Shown here piece after piece: positions 8,773 through 19,217 of a stretch of 64,000 bases of DNA. Origin of the DNA: Clostridia bacterium (GTDB lineage: Bacteria; Bacillota; Clostridia; Oscillospirales; CAG-272). The notes below the pieces were generated by a model, which had not been told where the DNA came from, searched no databases, and worked only from the letters and a program-made list of their open reading frames with translations. The translations under genes were made by a program, and so were the position numbers. Location of the stretch: NCBI GenBank assembly GCA_017461945.1, contig JAFTSB010000067.1:42781-106780 (forward strand), given 5' to 3'. The number at the start of each line of letters is the position of its first letter. Position 1 is the first letter of the stretch.

Positions 8773-11178
8773 ATGTCTGAATTAAAACCCCGTTATCTTG
8801 CCGCCAAGCGCGCGCTTTTTGACCGCTATTATGCTTCTTTAAACGAGCAACAACGCCAAGCGGTATATCATATTCATCAACCCTTGCTGATACTGGCAGG
8901 CGCCGGCAGCGGAAAAACCACCGTGCTGGTGCGTCGTATTGCCTACATCATCCGATACGGAAATGCTTATCACAGCGATTATGTGCCATTTGGGATTACC
9001 GATGCTGATGTGGCAGAGCTGGAAGGCGCTGTAAAGCGCCCTATGCCCAAGGGTGATCTGGAGGTGTTTTTAGAGCGTTTTTCCACGGATCTTTGCAAGC
9101 CGTGGAACGTTTTGGCCATCACCTTTACCAACAAAGCCGCCAATGAGATCAAAGCGCGCCTTGCCGCCGCCTTTCCGGAGGATCCCACACTCCCGACCAC
9201 CATTTGGACGGGTACTTTTCACTCGATCTGTATGCGTATCCTGCGTCGTTATACGGTTGAGGCCGGCCTGTTGCCCGGATTTACGGTGTACGATACCGAT
9301 GATCAGAAAAAGGCCTTTAAGGCTGTGCTGGCTTCCTTGAATATTGACGAAAAGGTATTGCCCGTTAAAACTGCAATGAATTTGATCAGCCGCGCAAAGG
9401 ATAAGCTGATCACCCCAGACCGTTTTTTGCTTGAGATGGGAAACGATTATCGCATGAAAATGGTGGAAAAGGTCTATACCGCTTATCAAAAGCGGCTGGC
9501 CGATTCCAACGCGCTGGATTTTGACGATATCATTGTTCGCACCGTAGAGCTGTTGCGCTCTCACAAGGATATTTTGGAGTCCTATCAGCGTCAGTTCCGT
9601 TACGTTTCTGTGGACGAGTATCAGGATACGAACGAGGCACAGTTCCACTTGACCGCTCTGCTTTCCGCAGGCCATCGTAATTTGATGGTGGTGGGTGATG
9701 ATGACCAGAGCATTTATAAGTTCCGCGGTGCTACTATTGAGAACATACGCCAATTTACCACGGTCTTCCATCCCGCAACCCTGATCCGCCTGGAGCAGAA
9801 TTACCGATCGACACAATGTATTCTGGATGCTGCCAATGCCGTCATTGCCAACAATGAAAAGGCAGAGGCAATGCGTAAAACGTTGTTTACCGATCGCGGC
9901 GAGGGGCAAAAGATCCGGGTTTTGAACCCCGAGCATCAAAATGCCGAATCCCGTGCTATTGTGGACATCATCCAAAAGGAAGTGGCCGCGGGGAAAAGTC
10001 GCTATCGCGATTATGCCGTTTTGTTCCGTGCCAATGCGCAGTCCAACGCTTTGGAAACGGCCTTTGCACGCAGTGCGGTTCCTTACCGCATGCTAGGAGG
10101 CGTACGCTTCTCGGATCGTAAGGAAATCCGTGATATCGTTGCCTACTTACAGCTGATTGAAAACCATAATGATAAGGAACGGCTATTGCGCATTGTCAAC
10201 GAGCCCAAACGAAAATTGGGCGACCGTACGCTTGCCGCCGTAGAAGAAATCGGCGAAAACGAGGGCTATAGCATGTTCCAGGTGATGGAAAAAGCCGATC
10301 AATACATTGCGCTATCCCGTTCTGCCAATACGCTCAAGCAATTTGCAGGCTTGATCAATGAATTGACCGAGCTGATGCCCTCTATGGCACTGGACGACTT
10401 TGTAGACGAGGTGCTGGATCGCACCGGCTACCGTCAGATGATCCGCGATATGGGCGAGGAAGAAGCCGATCGCTTGGATAACTTAAACGAGTTTATTTCT
10501 AACGTTAAAGAATATATTGACAATGCAGAACAGCCCTCTCTTTCTGAATTCTTACAGGAAACAGCGCTGGTTGCTGATGTAGACCGTTATGACGACAGCG
10601 CCGACGCCGTTGTTTTGATGACCATCCACAGCGCCAAGGGCTTGGAATTTCCCAAAGTCTTTTTGCCCGGATTTGAGGAGGGGATTTTCCCCGGACTTCA
10701 AACCGTTATGGCCGGACCCGAGGAAATCGAAGAGGAGCGCCGATTGGCGTATGTCGCCATCACACGCGCCAAAGATGAGCTCTATATTTTGCATACCAAA
10801 TCTCGTATGCTTTACGGTAAAACGACCTGTAATCCAGCCTCTCGGTTTCTATCGGAGATTCCGGAGCGACTGTTGGATCGCCCACGTGCAGAGCAGGGTC
10901 GCCCCCCGATGATGAGTGGCAATGCCGCGTACCGTCGCCCCGAAACGGCACGTCAGATTGCTGCCAAGGATAGCATCAGCGTGGGGCGTGCGGCGACTCG
11001 CCCTGCTACCCAGGTTGAGCGCTTTAACGCCGGAGACCGCGTGCGGCATATGCTGTTTGGTGATGGCACAATTTTAACCGTAACCAAAATGGCCGCCGAC
11101 ACACTATACGAGATCGCTTTTGATACCAAGGGCACCAAAAAGCTGATGGCAACCTATGCAAAGCTCAAAAAAATTTAA
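8773..11178 (+). CDS. pcrA: ATP-dependent DNA helicase PcrA/UvrD
   Basis: AGAGSGKT, DEYQDTN, VGDDDQSIYKFRGA, LEQNYRS, TIHSAKGLEF, EERRLAYVAITRA and a C-terminal Tudor-like domain. Confidence 0.97.
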   Translation: MSELKPRYLAAKRALFDRYYASLNEQQRQAVYHIHQPLLILAGAGSGKTTVLVRRIAYIIRYGNAYHSDYVPFGITDADVAELEGAVKRPMPKGDLEVFLERFSTDLCKPWNVLAITFTNKAANEIKARLAAAFPEDPTLPTTIWTGTFHSICMRILRRYTVEAGLLPGFTVYDTDDQKKAFKAVLASLNIDEKVLPVKTAMNLISRAKDKLITPDRFLLEMGNDYRMKMVEKVYTAYQKRLADSNALDFDDIIVRTVELLRSHKDILESYQRQFRYVSVDEYQDTNEAQFHLTALLSAGHRNLMVVGDDDQSIYKFRGATIENIRQFTTVFHPATLIRLEQNYRSTQCILDAANAVIANNEKAEAMRKTLFTDRGEGQKIRVLNPEHQNAESRAIVDIIQKEVAAGKSRYRDYAVLFRANAQSNALETAFARSAVPYRMLGGVRFSDRKEIRDIVAYLQLIENHNDKERLLRIVNEPKRKLGDRTLAAVEEIGENEGYSMFQVMEKADQYIALSRSANTLKQFAGLINELTELMPSMALDDFVDEVLDRTGYRQMIRDMGEEEADRLDNLNEFISNVKEYIDNAEQPSLSEFLQETALVADVDRYDDSADAVVLMTIHSAKGLEFPKVFLPGFEEGIFPGLQTVMAGPEEIEEERRLAYVAITRAKDELYILHTKSRMLYGKTTCNPASRFLSEIPERLLDRPRAEQGRPPMMSGNAAYRRPETARQIAAKDSISVGRAATRPATQVERFNAGDRVRHMLFGDGTILTVTKMAADTLYEIAFDTKGTKKLMATYAKLKKI

Positions 11179-11191
11179 AGGAGGACTTGCT

Positions 11192-11881
11192 TTGAAAGAA
11201 AACAAATTTTTCTCCAAATATGCAGTCCACGTGGCAACCGCCTGTGCTGTTCTGGCTCTTATTCTGTTCATTCCCGCAAGCGTGACCAAAAGCATTGGCT
11301 TGAAGGTGTTTTTCATTGTTTTGATGGCACTTTCTCTGATTGGCGGCGTAGTGCTTTTATTTCTGTCCAACCGCGCCAAAGGCGAGAGATTGCATTATTT
11401 TCTGTACGATCGTCGCCGGGGCGAGAGCGTTTCTAAGGAAGAATTGACCTTTTTGTTGGTGCGTGAGGGAATGGAAGCTTATCTTTCTGATTTTGCCGAA
11501 GCGCCATCCGCCTTGCTTTCGGATCTACCCAAGCGGCTTCGCGTTCAACTGGAAAGCGAAAGCAACGCCGCTTTTGCTCCCCTTGTGGCATATCGAATGT
11601 TTTGGGAGCTTTCTGCAATGGAGCCCGAAGATATCGCTGCAGCATTTCAGAGCGCCAACCCCAAGGTGATCGGATATCTTTGTGCCATCTTGCGCGAGAA
11701 CGCAGACGGTGAAATGGCCGATTACATATTTAATCTAAAGAAAAACGCCTTGCGCGAGGGAACTCGTGTCGCCAACTTTTTTCGCAAGAATCGCCGTTGC
11801 TTTGAGGATCGTATGCTTCACTACGTAGAGCTGCACATGAGCGATTTTTACATGGAAAAGCATCGTGTCTCCCCCAAATAA
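11192..11881 (+). CDS. Hypothetical protein with two N-terminal TM helices
   Basis: TTG start after an aggagg SD; ORF followed by a terminator. Confidence 0.7.
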   Translation: MKENKFFSKYAVHVATACAVLALILFIPASVTKSIGLKVFFIVLMALSLIGGVVLLFLSNRAKGERLHYFLYDRRRGESVSKEELTFLLVREGMEAYLSDFAEAPSALLSDLPKRLRVQLESESNAAFAPLVAYRMFWELSAMEPEDIAAAFQSANPKVIGYLCAILRENADGEMADYIFNLKKNALREGTRVANFFRKNRRCFEDRMLHYVELHMSDFYMEKHRVSPK

Positions 11882-11887
11882 TCCCCA

Positions 11888-11922
11888 TGCACTCCTGCAT
11901 CAATGCAGGAGTGCACTTTTTT
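11888..11922 (+). terminator. Intrinsic terminator
   Basis: tgcactcctgcat/atgcaggagtgca stem plus T run. Confidence 0.8.
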
Positions 11923-11946
11923 ATAAATTTTGTATTCAAAATTTAA

Positions 11947-11975
11947 TTTACAAATAGAAAAGAATGTGTTAAAAT
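11947..11975 (+). promoter_or_regulatory. SigmaA promoter
   Basis: TTTACA-17-TAAAAT with extended TG. Confidence 0.55.
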
Positions 11976-12003
11976 GATGTTGTATATTTGAAAGGAGTCT
12001 AAG

Positions 12004-12903
12004 ATGAACTACTTATTGATTCTAATTTTAATACTGATCTACACAGGGCAATCCTTTTTCTGCAAGGTCTATACCGACCATTATCCCGGTGATGCGGATG
12101 CTACTACGCCCGTATTTTCCGTCGTTAGTGGATTGATTACCGCGCTGTCTGCCTTTGTATTCTCCCTTTGTACATGGTCATTTCATTGGAATTGGCAGAT
12201 TATCGTGCTGGGCGTGCTGAACAGCGTTGTGCTGGCGGCCTATAATTTTTCGTTGATCAAAGCCTCTGAAAAAGGGCCGTACTCCATCCTGATGTCGATC
12301 ATGCTTTCCGGTGGCATCTTAGTGCCCGCGTTTTTCTCCTATGCTTATGGCAACGGACTAAAGCCCTTGGGGTGGTTGTTTGTGGCCGTCATCATCATTT
12401 CCGTCTTTTTGGTCAGCAAAAAGAAAGGGGAGAGCATTTTTGGCGGCAACTGGCAGTTCTGGTTATTCTGTATGGGACTTTTTGTGTTCAACGGTCTATA
12501 CGGTGCTTTTCTTGCACATCAAGCCGCATATTCTGTTACCACTTATTCGAAAAACGAAATGATCATCTGTACCTTTGGTGCATCGGCACTGATCAATTTG
12601 ATTTTAGGCTTTGCGCAAAGAAAAAAGCAATTCCTGTTTGATTTCAAGCAGACAAAAAAATCCTGTCTGTTCTTGCTGCTCAGCTCGTTGGCCACTGCTT
12701 CTGCGATCATCCTGCTGACGGTGCTGATCAACAGTGGCATGAATACCACGGTTTTGTTTACCTTTGATAATGCCGGTGTATTGCTGTTCAGCGTATTGTG
12801 CTCCTTTATTTTCTTAAAAGAAAAACTTTCGGTCGTCAATTTGATCGGTTGTGCCACGATGGCCTTTGGCCTAATCGGAATCGTATTTTGGGGAGGTGCC
12901 TGA
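12004..12903 (+). CDS. DMT/EamA-family transporter
   Basis: About 10 TM helices; C-terminal IFLKEKLS...IG pattern typical of EamA. Confidence 0.8.
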   Translation: MNYLLILILILIYTGQSFFCKVYTDHYPGDADATTPVFSVVSGLITALSAFVFSLCTWSFHWNWQIIVLGVLNSVVLAAYNFSLIKASEKGPYSILMSIMLSGGILVPAFFSYAYGNGLKPLGWLFVAVIIISVFLVSKKKGESIFGGNWQFWLFCMGLFVFNGLYGAFLAHQAAYSVTTYSKNEMIICTFGASALINLILGFAQRKKQFLFDFKQTKKSCLFLLLSSLATASAIILLTVLINSGMNTTVLFTFDNAGVLLFSVLCSFIFLKEKLSVVNLIGCATMAFGLIGIVFWGGA

Positions 12904-12905
12904 TA

Positions 12906-13940
12906 ATGGAAAACAAACTTTTGACCGGTGTTGCCTACCACGGCAACCGCATTCTGCGCCACGTAGAAGAGGATATGCTGGACATTGTCAACCACAATAT
13001 GAATCTTGTGGTGCATATGTTCTCTCACAATGACTGGGATCGTCATCTTGGTGTGATGAAGGACATTGTAGACATTTCTAAAAAAGCCGGCCTGGAGGTC
13101 TGGATAGATAACTGGGGCCTTGCCGGTGCGCCCGGCGATAAATCCTTTTATCTGGAATATCACCCCGATGCCCACCAGGTTTTTAATGATGGCAGCGTCA
13201 GCCCCGTTCGTGTTTGTCTCAATCATCCGGGATTCGTGCAGTTCACCAAGGATTGGTTGGATGCCGTCAAGGGCTTTGGCGGCGAAACGATCTTTTGGGA
13301 TGAGCCTTCCTTTGCCTCCCAAAAAACCGAGAGTGGCGAAGCACTTTTTGCCTGCTGCTGCGAGAACTGCAAGCGGCTGTTCCGTGAACGATACGGCCAC
13401 GAAATGCCAACCGTTATGACCGATGAGATAAAGGCATTTCGTTCTTGGTCGTTGCTCCGTTATTTTGAGCAGGTGACCGAATATGCGGCATCACTTGGGA
13501 TGAAAAACATCACTTGTGTCATGCCTCACACCATTGAGGAGTGTACCGAACTGCTGCAGCTGCCGCATTTGGACAATTTTGGAACCGACCCTTATTGGGG
13601 ACCTCGCCGCCATCCGGAGCGCGATGTATATGATTTTGTATACAGTGGAACTAAGAATATTTTGGATCTGACGGCCAAATATGGCAAAGAGAGCCACCTT
13701 TGGGTGCAAGCCTATGATTTCCCGGCAGGGAGCGAGGATGATCTGATTCTTGCCACCGATGCCGCCTATGATGCCGGTGCGCGCACCATCATTGATTGGA
13801 GCTTCCGCGGAGGCGAATCCAACTCCTACAAGGCAGATCGCTGCGATATGCTGTGGCGTGTGATGGGCGAGGCCATGGGACGTATCAGAGCAAGACACTT
13901 TGATGCCATTCGCGCCGAAAAGTTGAAAAAATATCAATAA
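12906..13940 (+). CDS. Putative glycoside hydrolase-like TIM-barrel protein (GH42-like N-terminal domain)
   Basis: CLNHP, FWDEP, CCCENC..F..RYG and TDPYW resemble GH42/GH-A clan motifs; ggagg SD. Confidence 0.55.
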   Translation: MENKLLTGVAYHGNRILRHVEEDMLDIVNHNMNLVVHMFSHNDWDRHLGVMKDIVDISKKAGLEVWIDNWGLAGAPGDKSFYLEYHPDAHQVFNDGSVSPVRVCLNHPGFVQFTKDWLDAVKGFGGETIFWDEPSFASQKTESGEALFACCCENCKRLFRERYGHEMPTVMTDEIKAFRSWSLLRYFEQVTEYAASLGMKNITCVMPHTIEECTELLQLPHLDNFGTDPYWGPRRHPERDVYDFVYSGTKNILDLTAKYGKESHLWVQAYDFPAGSEDDLILATDAAYDAGARTIIDWSFRGGESNSYKADRCDMLWRVMGEAMGRIRARHFDAIRAEKLKKYQ

Positions 13941-13979
13941 AAAATAAGTGCTTGGAATTTTTCCAAGCACTTATTTTTT
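13940..13979 (+). terminator. Intrinsic terminator
   Basis: aaaataagtgcttggaa/ttccaagcacttatttt stem. Confidence 0.8.
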
Positions 13980-14044
13980 CTCCACAAATTGAAAGGTTGA
14001 ACGTGAAAAAGCGTGATAAACTAAAAAAGAAGGGAGTGGATTCT

Positions 14045-14821
14045 ATGAAAAAAACAATTATAAAATGCTTTTTGCTTTTGCTGGTCGCCTTAACATTGAT
14101 GCTGCAGATCAGTGCAAATTGCGGCGAGCTGCATTGGTATTGCACGCGACAAAAGGCTCATCGACAGGCAATTGCCGCCTCTGAACTGCGGTTTGTAGAA
14201 GAATATGGCAGCTATTATATTGATCACACGCACAACGAGGCAAGCGATGAAAAGGTCATTTATCTGACCTTTGATGCCGGATATGAAAACGGCAATGTGG
14301 AAAAGATTCTGAACACGCTGCAAGAAACCCAAACGCCGGCGGCTTTTTTTGTGTTAAAACATTTGGTTACTGCCAATACGGCTTTGGTACAACGTATGGT
14401 AAGCGATGGGCATTTGGTTTGTAATCATACTGCTCATCACCCCAATTTAGCCATGGCCAGCGCTGATCAGATTGCCAAGGAGCTGCGAGAGCTGGAAACA
14501 GTTTGCCAAGAGAACGGCATTGTGACCGCTCCTTATTTTCGGCCGCCGGAGGGAAGCTTTTCAAAAGAAATGCTACAGCACGTACAAAAGCTTGGTTATA
14601 AAACAATATTCTGGAGTTTTGCATATGCCGATTGGGATAACGCCAAGCAACCCTCTCAGGATCACGCCATTCGGTGCATTATGGATAATGTACACAACGG
14701 CGCTGTATTGCTGTTGCATCCCACATCGGCCACAAATGCAGCCGTACTGCCAACAGTGATAAAAAGTTTGAAGGAGGAAGGGTATCGCTTTGGTACCTTG
14801 AAGGAGCTATGCGGCGATTGA
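14045..14821 (+). CDS. pdaA: Polysaccharide deacetylase, PdaA-like (spore cortex delta-lactam synthesis)
   Basis: Signal peptide; YLTFDAGYENG, NHTAHH, FRPPEG, WSFAYADW and LLHP match the PdaA subfamily. Confidence 0.8.
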   Translation: MKKTIIKCFLLLLVALTLMLQISANCGELHWYCTRQKAHRQAIAASELRFVEEYGSYYIDHTHNEASDEKVIYLTFDAGYENGNVEKILNTLQETQTPAAFFVLKHLVTANTALVQRMVSDGHLVCNHTAHHPNLAMASADQIAKELRELETVCQENGIVTAPYFRPPEGSFSKEMLQHVQKLGYKTIFWSFAYADWDNAKQPSQDHAIRCIMDNVHNGAVLLLHPTSATNAAVLPTVIKSLKEEGYRFGTLKELCGD

Positions 14822-15501
14822 GGAGATGGGGGTGTATTTTTCTTTGTTTGGGCTTGCTGTGGATAGGAGGGCTTTGCGTTGCTGCACAAGAATCACAGAT
14901 TATTTATCGGTATGTGTCAAACAGCGGCCAGCCGCGCATCGCCTTGACCTTTGACGATGGTCCTCATCCACGTTACACGCCCGTCATCCTGGATCTTTTA
15001 GCGGAATATGACATTCCGGCCACCTTTTTTGTGGTTGGAAGCAATGCCGAGACATATCCCGATTTGGTGCGCAGAATTTATACCGAGGGACATGAGATCG
15101 GCAATCACACCTACCATCACAATCACGTTTCAAAATTGAATCCGGAAGAATTATCCAAAGAAATCGCTCTTTGCAATGCCGCAGTAGAACGCATTACAAA
15201 TCACCCCCCAAAGTTATTTCGCCCACCGGAAGGTGTTTGCACCGGCGCTTTGAAAACCATTTGTGGGGCAACGGGAATGACCATTGTACTTTGGAGTGTT
15301 GACACCAGAGACTGGGCGCACACACCTGTGCGAGAGATCTGCCAAAACGTGAAAGCAAACACCGCCAATGGTTCGATTATTCTGATGCACGATTTTATCG
15401 GCAAAAATAGCCCAACCCCCGAGGCACTGCGGCATTTATTGCCAATGCTACGGGAATTGGGCTTTGAATTTGTTACGGTCACTCAATTGCTGGAGGGGTG
15501 A
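14809..15501 (+). CDS. NodB-family polysaccharide deacetylase
   Basis: ALTFDDGP, GNHTYHH, FRPPEG, WSVDTRDW and ILMHD. Confidence 0.9.
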   Translation: MRRLRRWGCIFLCLGLLWIGGLCVAAQESQIIYRYVSNSGQPRIALTFDDGPHPRYTPVILDLLAEYDIPATFFVVGSNAETYPDLVRRIYTEGHEIGNHTYHHNHVSKLNPEELSKEIALCNAAVERITNHPPKLFRPPEGVCTGALKTICGATGMTIVLWSVDTRDWAHTPVREICQNVKANTANGSIILMHDFIGKNSPTPEALRHLLPMLRELGFEFVTVTQLLEG

Positions 15502-16459
15502 GAGCATCTTCGCTCTCGTTGGTATCTTCTCCCTCATTTTTCTGGTAAGGATCGATCATATATTGCTGGATCACGGGCCAGGCGGCGTATCCGGCAATAA
15601 AGCCTGCCAGGGCGGGGAGATAGAACAGCGGCAAAATCAAGGGGAGCGAAAAGCCAACGCTGAGGCAGGGAACGATCAATGCAAGGTTTGCGCCAATCAC
15701 GATTGCCAGACCAAGAAGAGCCATCGCATTGCGCTTAAGGCCAAGCATGACAAAGATCAAGGCGTTTTTCAAAAGCTTTTTCACCGAAAGATCAAAGGTG
15801 ATCATCATGTGGTAGATGTAAAAGCGCATCACGGTATAGATCACGGCCAGGGCGATCATCATCACGTACACCACACCGCACCAAAAAACATCTGCCAGCG
15901 CGCTGAAATAGTAAAGATCGATAAACAGCACGGCAATGACGGAAAAATCCAAAAGACCAAAGAAAAAGCCCTGCTTCAAATTGCGACGAATGGCATAAAA
16001 ATAGTCGGACATTAAAAAGCAGGAGTCGCCGCGAATCAGGCTGCGGAGATTATAAGTAGCTCCCACATTTTGCCAGCCCCACGTTAAAGCGGTTGCGACG
16101 ACCAAAATCAAAATGGCAATCAAACGCCCGGAGGAAAGCACAGGAACATCCAAGGGGCGCGATATGGCGCCCATCAGCAAATTTGCCGTAGGAGAGCCGC
16201 CGGCAAGGCTGACGCCCAAGAGCGGTGCAAATAGGGCACTTTCGGTCGTAGGCATCGTATCACCAAAAAAGTAAACGATCAAGGCAACGATTAAGGGGAT
16301 GTACAATACCGACATCATCAAATTAAGAGACATCAGCTTTCCAAGCTTGCGCCCAAGCAGCTTGAAAAAGAATTTTAACGTGGGCGTTGTGTCCTCGGCA
16401 ACCGCATCCGGGCGATCGGTTTTGCGAGAAAAAAACGACTTTTTCTTTTCGTTTTCCAT
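15479..16459 (-). CDS. YesL/DUF624-like membrane protein
   Basis: Multi-TM; DYFYAIRRNLKQ and LLKNALIF patterns. Confidence 0.65.
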   Translation of the reverse strand: MENEKKKSFFSRKTDRPDAVAEDTTPTLKFFFKLLGRKLGKLMSLNLMMSVLYIPLIVALIVYFFGDTMPTTESALFAPLLGVSLAGGSPTANLLMGAISRPLDVPVLSSGRLIAILILVVATALTWGWQNVGATYNLRSLIRGDSCFLMSDYFYAIRRNLKQGFFFGLLDFSVIAVLFIDLYYFSALADVFWCGVVYVMMIALAVIYTVMRFYIYHMMITFDLSVKKLLKNALIFVMLGLKRNAMALLGLAIVIGANLALIVPCLSVGFSLPLILPLFYLPALAGFIAGYAAWPVIQQYMIDPYQKNEGEDTNESEDALTPPAIE

Positions 16460-16480
16460 AAAGCTTCCTTTCGGATCAAT

Positions 16481-17017
16481 TCAAAGGGAAGAAAAAATCT
16501 CCCATTGCCGCATGAGTTGCGGCCACATAAAGTACAGAGTGGAGCCAATCGCTAACAGTATAACGGTTTCAATCATATATTTTCCAAACTCGCGAGAAAA
16601 AAGCAAGCCAGTATCTCGCTTTGGGCAAAGAAAGCTGAATAGTTGCGCTCTTGCTGCGGATAATGCAAACAGCAACAGGGAGCTGACCACCAGTAAAAAG
16701 CAAATATTCCATTGTAAAATACCCAACGAGCCCCTTTGTGTTAGGGATGATATATGAAACAAAACCGTCACGTCGTATAAGGCCTTACATACCGATAAAA
16801 CCAATAAATAGGGTTTTGTTAAGGTCAGAACTGCCCCCAAAAGAGCCAAAGCGACAAAGAGCAGGGATGCATTACCAAAGGTCAATACATTAAAAGACAA
16901 CCATTGTCGGGCTGCGATGCCAATTCCAACGGGAACTGCAAGTGCATAGCACAGAAAAAAACGCATAAACAATCGCGAAACGATGTTTTGACGGTTGGTT
17001 GCTGCTTTCTTTTGCAT
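16481..17017 (-). CDS. Hypothetical membrane protein
   Basis: Start MQKKAA after a gggggtga SD; about 5 TM helices. Confidence 0.6.
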   Translation of the reverse strand: MQKKAATNRQNIVSRLFMRFFLCYALAVPVGIGIAARQWLSFNVLTFGNASLLFVALALLGAVLTLTKPYLLVLSVCKALYDVTVLFHISSLTQRGSLGILQWNICFLLVVSSLLLFALSAARAQLFSFLCPKRDTGLLFSREFGKYMIETVILLAIGSTLYFMWPQLMRQWEIFSSL

Positions 17018-17122
17018 TTTATCACCCCCAATTACTATATGAGGGCAACAAATAGGATATATCAAATTTATTGTAACATATATCCCTTAAAAAATCAACA
17101 GCCGCGCAAAAGATTTACAATT

Positions 17123-17158
17123 AAAGGCACCGTGTGCCAAGCCACACGGTGCCTTTTT
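17123..17158. terminator. Intrinsic terminator after clpX
   Basis: aaaggcaccgtgtg/cacacggtgccttt stem. Confidence 0.8.
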
Positions 17159-17163
17159 GTCAT

Positions 17164-18495
17164 TTATGAGCCAGCCTCGGTCTTTTCCTCAAGATCGCGA
17201 AGTAGCACGTATTCGGGCTTCTTTTTGCCCTTGACCGATGCCGGGGTGATCACGACCTCGGCCACGTCCTTGCGGGCGGGGATTTCGTACATCGTTTCCT
17301 GCATCAGGTTTTCCATAATCGCGCGAAGGCCACGTGCGCCGGTGTTGCGCTCCAACGCCATTTCGGCAATGGCCTCCATAGAGCCCTTTGCAAAGGTCAG
17401 TTTGACGCCGTCCATTTCAAATAGCTTTTGATATTGGCGCACCAAAGAGTTCTTCGGCTCGCTGATGATACGCACCAGCGCGCTTTTATCCAACTCGTTC
17501 AGCGATACGATCACGGGGATACGACCCACCAATTCGGGGATCAAACCGTATTTCACAATATCGTGGGGGAGTACGTCTTTATAAATACCAACCTGCTTTT
17601 TCTCGGACTTTTTCAAGATCTCGCTGCCAAAGCCCACCGCGTGGTTGCCCTTGCGACGCTCAATAACTTGCTCCAGTCCTTCAAAAGCGCCACCGCAAAT
17701 GAAAAGAATGTTCTTAGTATTGATATGAATGAACTCCTGATTGGGGTGCTTGCGCCCGCCCTGTGGGGGAACGTTGGCAACGGTACCTTCCAGGATCTTC
17801 AGCAATGCTTGTTGAACGCCCTCTCCGGATACATCGCGGGTAATGGAACGGTTTTCGCTTTTGCGCGCGATCTTGTCGATCTCATCAATATAAATGATGC
17901 CGCGCTCGGCCAAAGCAATATCAAAATCGGCGGCTTGGATCAAGCGAAGCAGAATGTTTTCTACATCCTCGCCCACATAGCCCGCCTCCGTTAGCGTGGT
18001 GGCATCGGCAATAGCAAAGGGAACCTTTAAGGTTTTTGCCAAGGTTTGTGCAAGATAGGTTTTACCCACACCGGTGGGGCCAAGAAGTAGCACATTACTC
18101 TTTTGCAGCTCGATGCCTTCTTCTTGCTCCTCCTCGGTGCGTTTACCGTGCTTTTTCTTGCCGGCACTATGTTGCTCTGCGTAAAGCACGCGCTTATAGT
18201 GGTTGTACACCGCCACAGAAAGGGCTACCTTGGCCTCATCCTGTCCGATCACGTAATCATCCAATGCAGCCTTGATCTGTGTGGGGCGAGGGAGCGTATC
18301 CAACGTAAATCCGCTGCGATCCGCCACCTGCTCCTCGGTTTCGCTGATCAGCTCGGCACAGGCATCCACGCAAAAATCGCAGATGTAAATACCGGTGGGG
18401 GAGGGAATGAGAAAATTAGCTTGATTCTCGTTTCTGCCGCAAAAAGAGCAATAGCGCGTAGAGCGACTGCCCTTATTCGTGGTATTATTAGACAT
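17164..18495 (-). CDS. clpX: ATP-dependent Clp protease ATP-binding subunit ClpX
   Basis: CSFCG zinc finger, [24 protein letters not shown] and [10 protein letters not shown]. Confidence 0.99.
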   Translation of the reverse strand: MSNNTTNKGSRSTRYCSFCGRNENQANFLIPSPTGIYICDFCVDACAELISETEEQVADRSGFTLDTLPRPTQIKAALDDYVIGQDEAKVALSVAVYNHYKRVLYAEQHSAGKKKHGKRTEEEQEEGIELQKSNVLLLGPTGVGKTYLAQTLAKTLKVPFAIADATTLTEAGYVGEDVENILLRLIQAADFDIALAERGIIYIDEIDKIARKSENRSITRDVSGEGVQQALLKILEGTVANVPPQGGRKHPNQEFIHINTKNILFICGGAFEGLEQVIERRKGNHAVGFGSEILKKSEKKQVGIYKDVLPHDIVKYGLIPELVGRIPVIVSLNELDKSALVRIISEPKNSLVRQYQKLFEMDGVKLTFAKGSMEAIAEMALERNTGARGLRAIMENLMQETMYEIPARKDVAEVVITPASVKGKKKPEYVLLRDLEEKTEAGS

Positions 18496-18515
18496 GATAA
18501 CCTCTTGATTTGATA

Positions 18516-19121
18516 TTAGTTGCGCTTGGCAAGAACCTTATCCACCAAGCCGTAGGCAAGTGCCTGGTCGGCCGTCATAAAATTGTCACGATCGGTATCA
18601 CGGGCAATCTCCTCAATGGATCTGCCGGTGTTCTCGGCCAAAATGCGATTCAAGGTGTCGCGAGTGCGCAGGATCAGATCAGCTTGGATCTTGATATCAG
18701 AGGCTTGACCTCTGGCACCACCAAGGGGCTGGTGGATCATGATCTCACTGTTGGGAAGGGCAAAGCGCTTGCCCTTAGTGCCGGAGGATAGCAGAAATGC
18801 ACCCATAGAAGCTGCCATGCCGATACAAATGGTAGAAACATCACACTTGATGTAGTTCATGGTGTCATAAATTGCCATACCTGCCGTTACCGAGCCGCCG
18901 GGACTGTTGATATAAAACATAATATCCTTATCGGGGTCCTGTGCCTCCAAAAACAGCATCTGCGCAACCACCAAAGAAGCGGTGGTATCGTTGACTTCAT
19001 CGGAGAGAAATACGATGCGGTCATTGAGCAAACGGGAGAAAATGTCAAAGGAGCGCTCGCCATGGCCGGTCTGCTCGACAACCATGGGAACCAAAGCATT
19101 GTTACGATAAAAATCCATCAT
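18516..19121 (-). CDS. clpP: ATP-dependent Clp protease proteolytic subunit ClpP
   Basis: [29 protein letters not shown] and RDNFM. Confidence 0.99.
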   Translation of the reverse strand: MMDFYRNNALVPMVVEQTGHGERSFDIFSRLLNDRIVFLSDEVNDTTASLVVAQMLFLEAQDPDKDIMFYINSPGGSVTAGMAIYDTMNYIKCDVSTICIGMAASMGAFLLSSGTKGKRFALPNSEIMIHQPLGGARGQASDIKIQADLILRTRDTLNRILAENTGRSIEEIARDTDRDNFMTADQALAYGLVDKVLAKRN

Positions 19122-19217
19122 AATTCTTTCAAAACCTCCGTGAATCGTTATTTTTTGAAAATAGGAAAGGAAACAGTAGCCGCGACAAGATGCCGCGGCT
19201 ACAATGTTGATCAAAGA

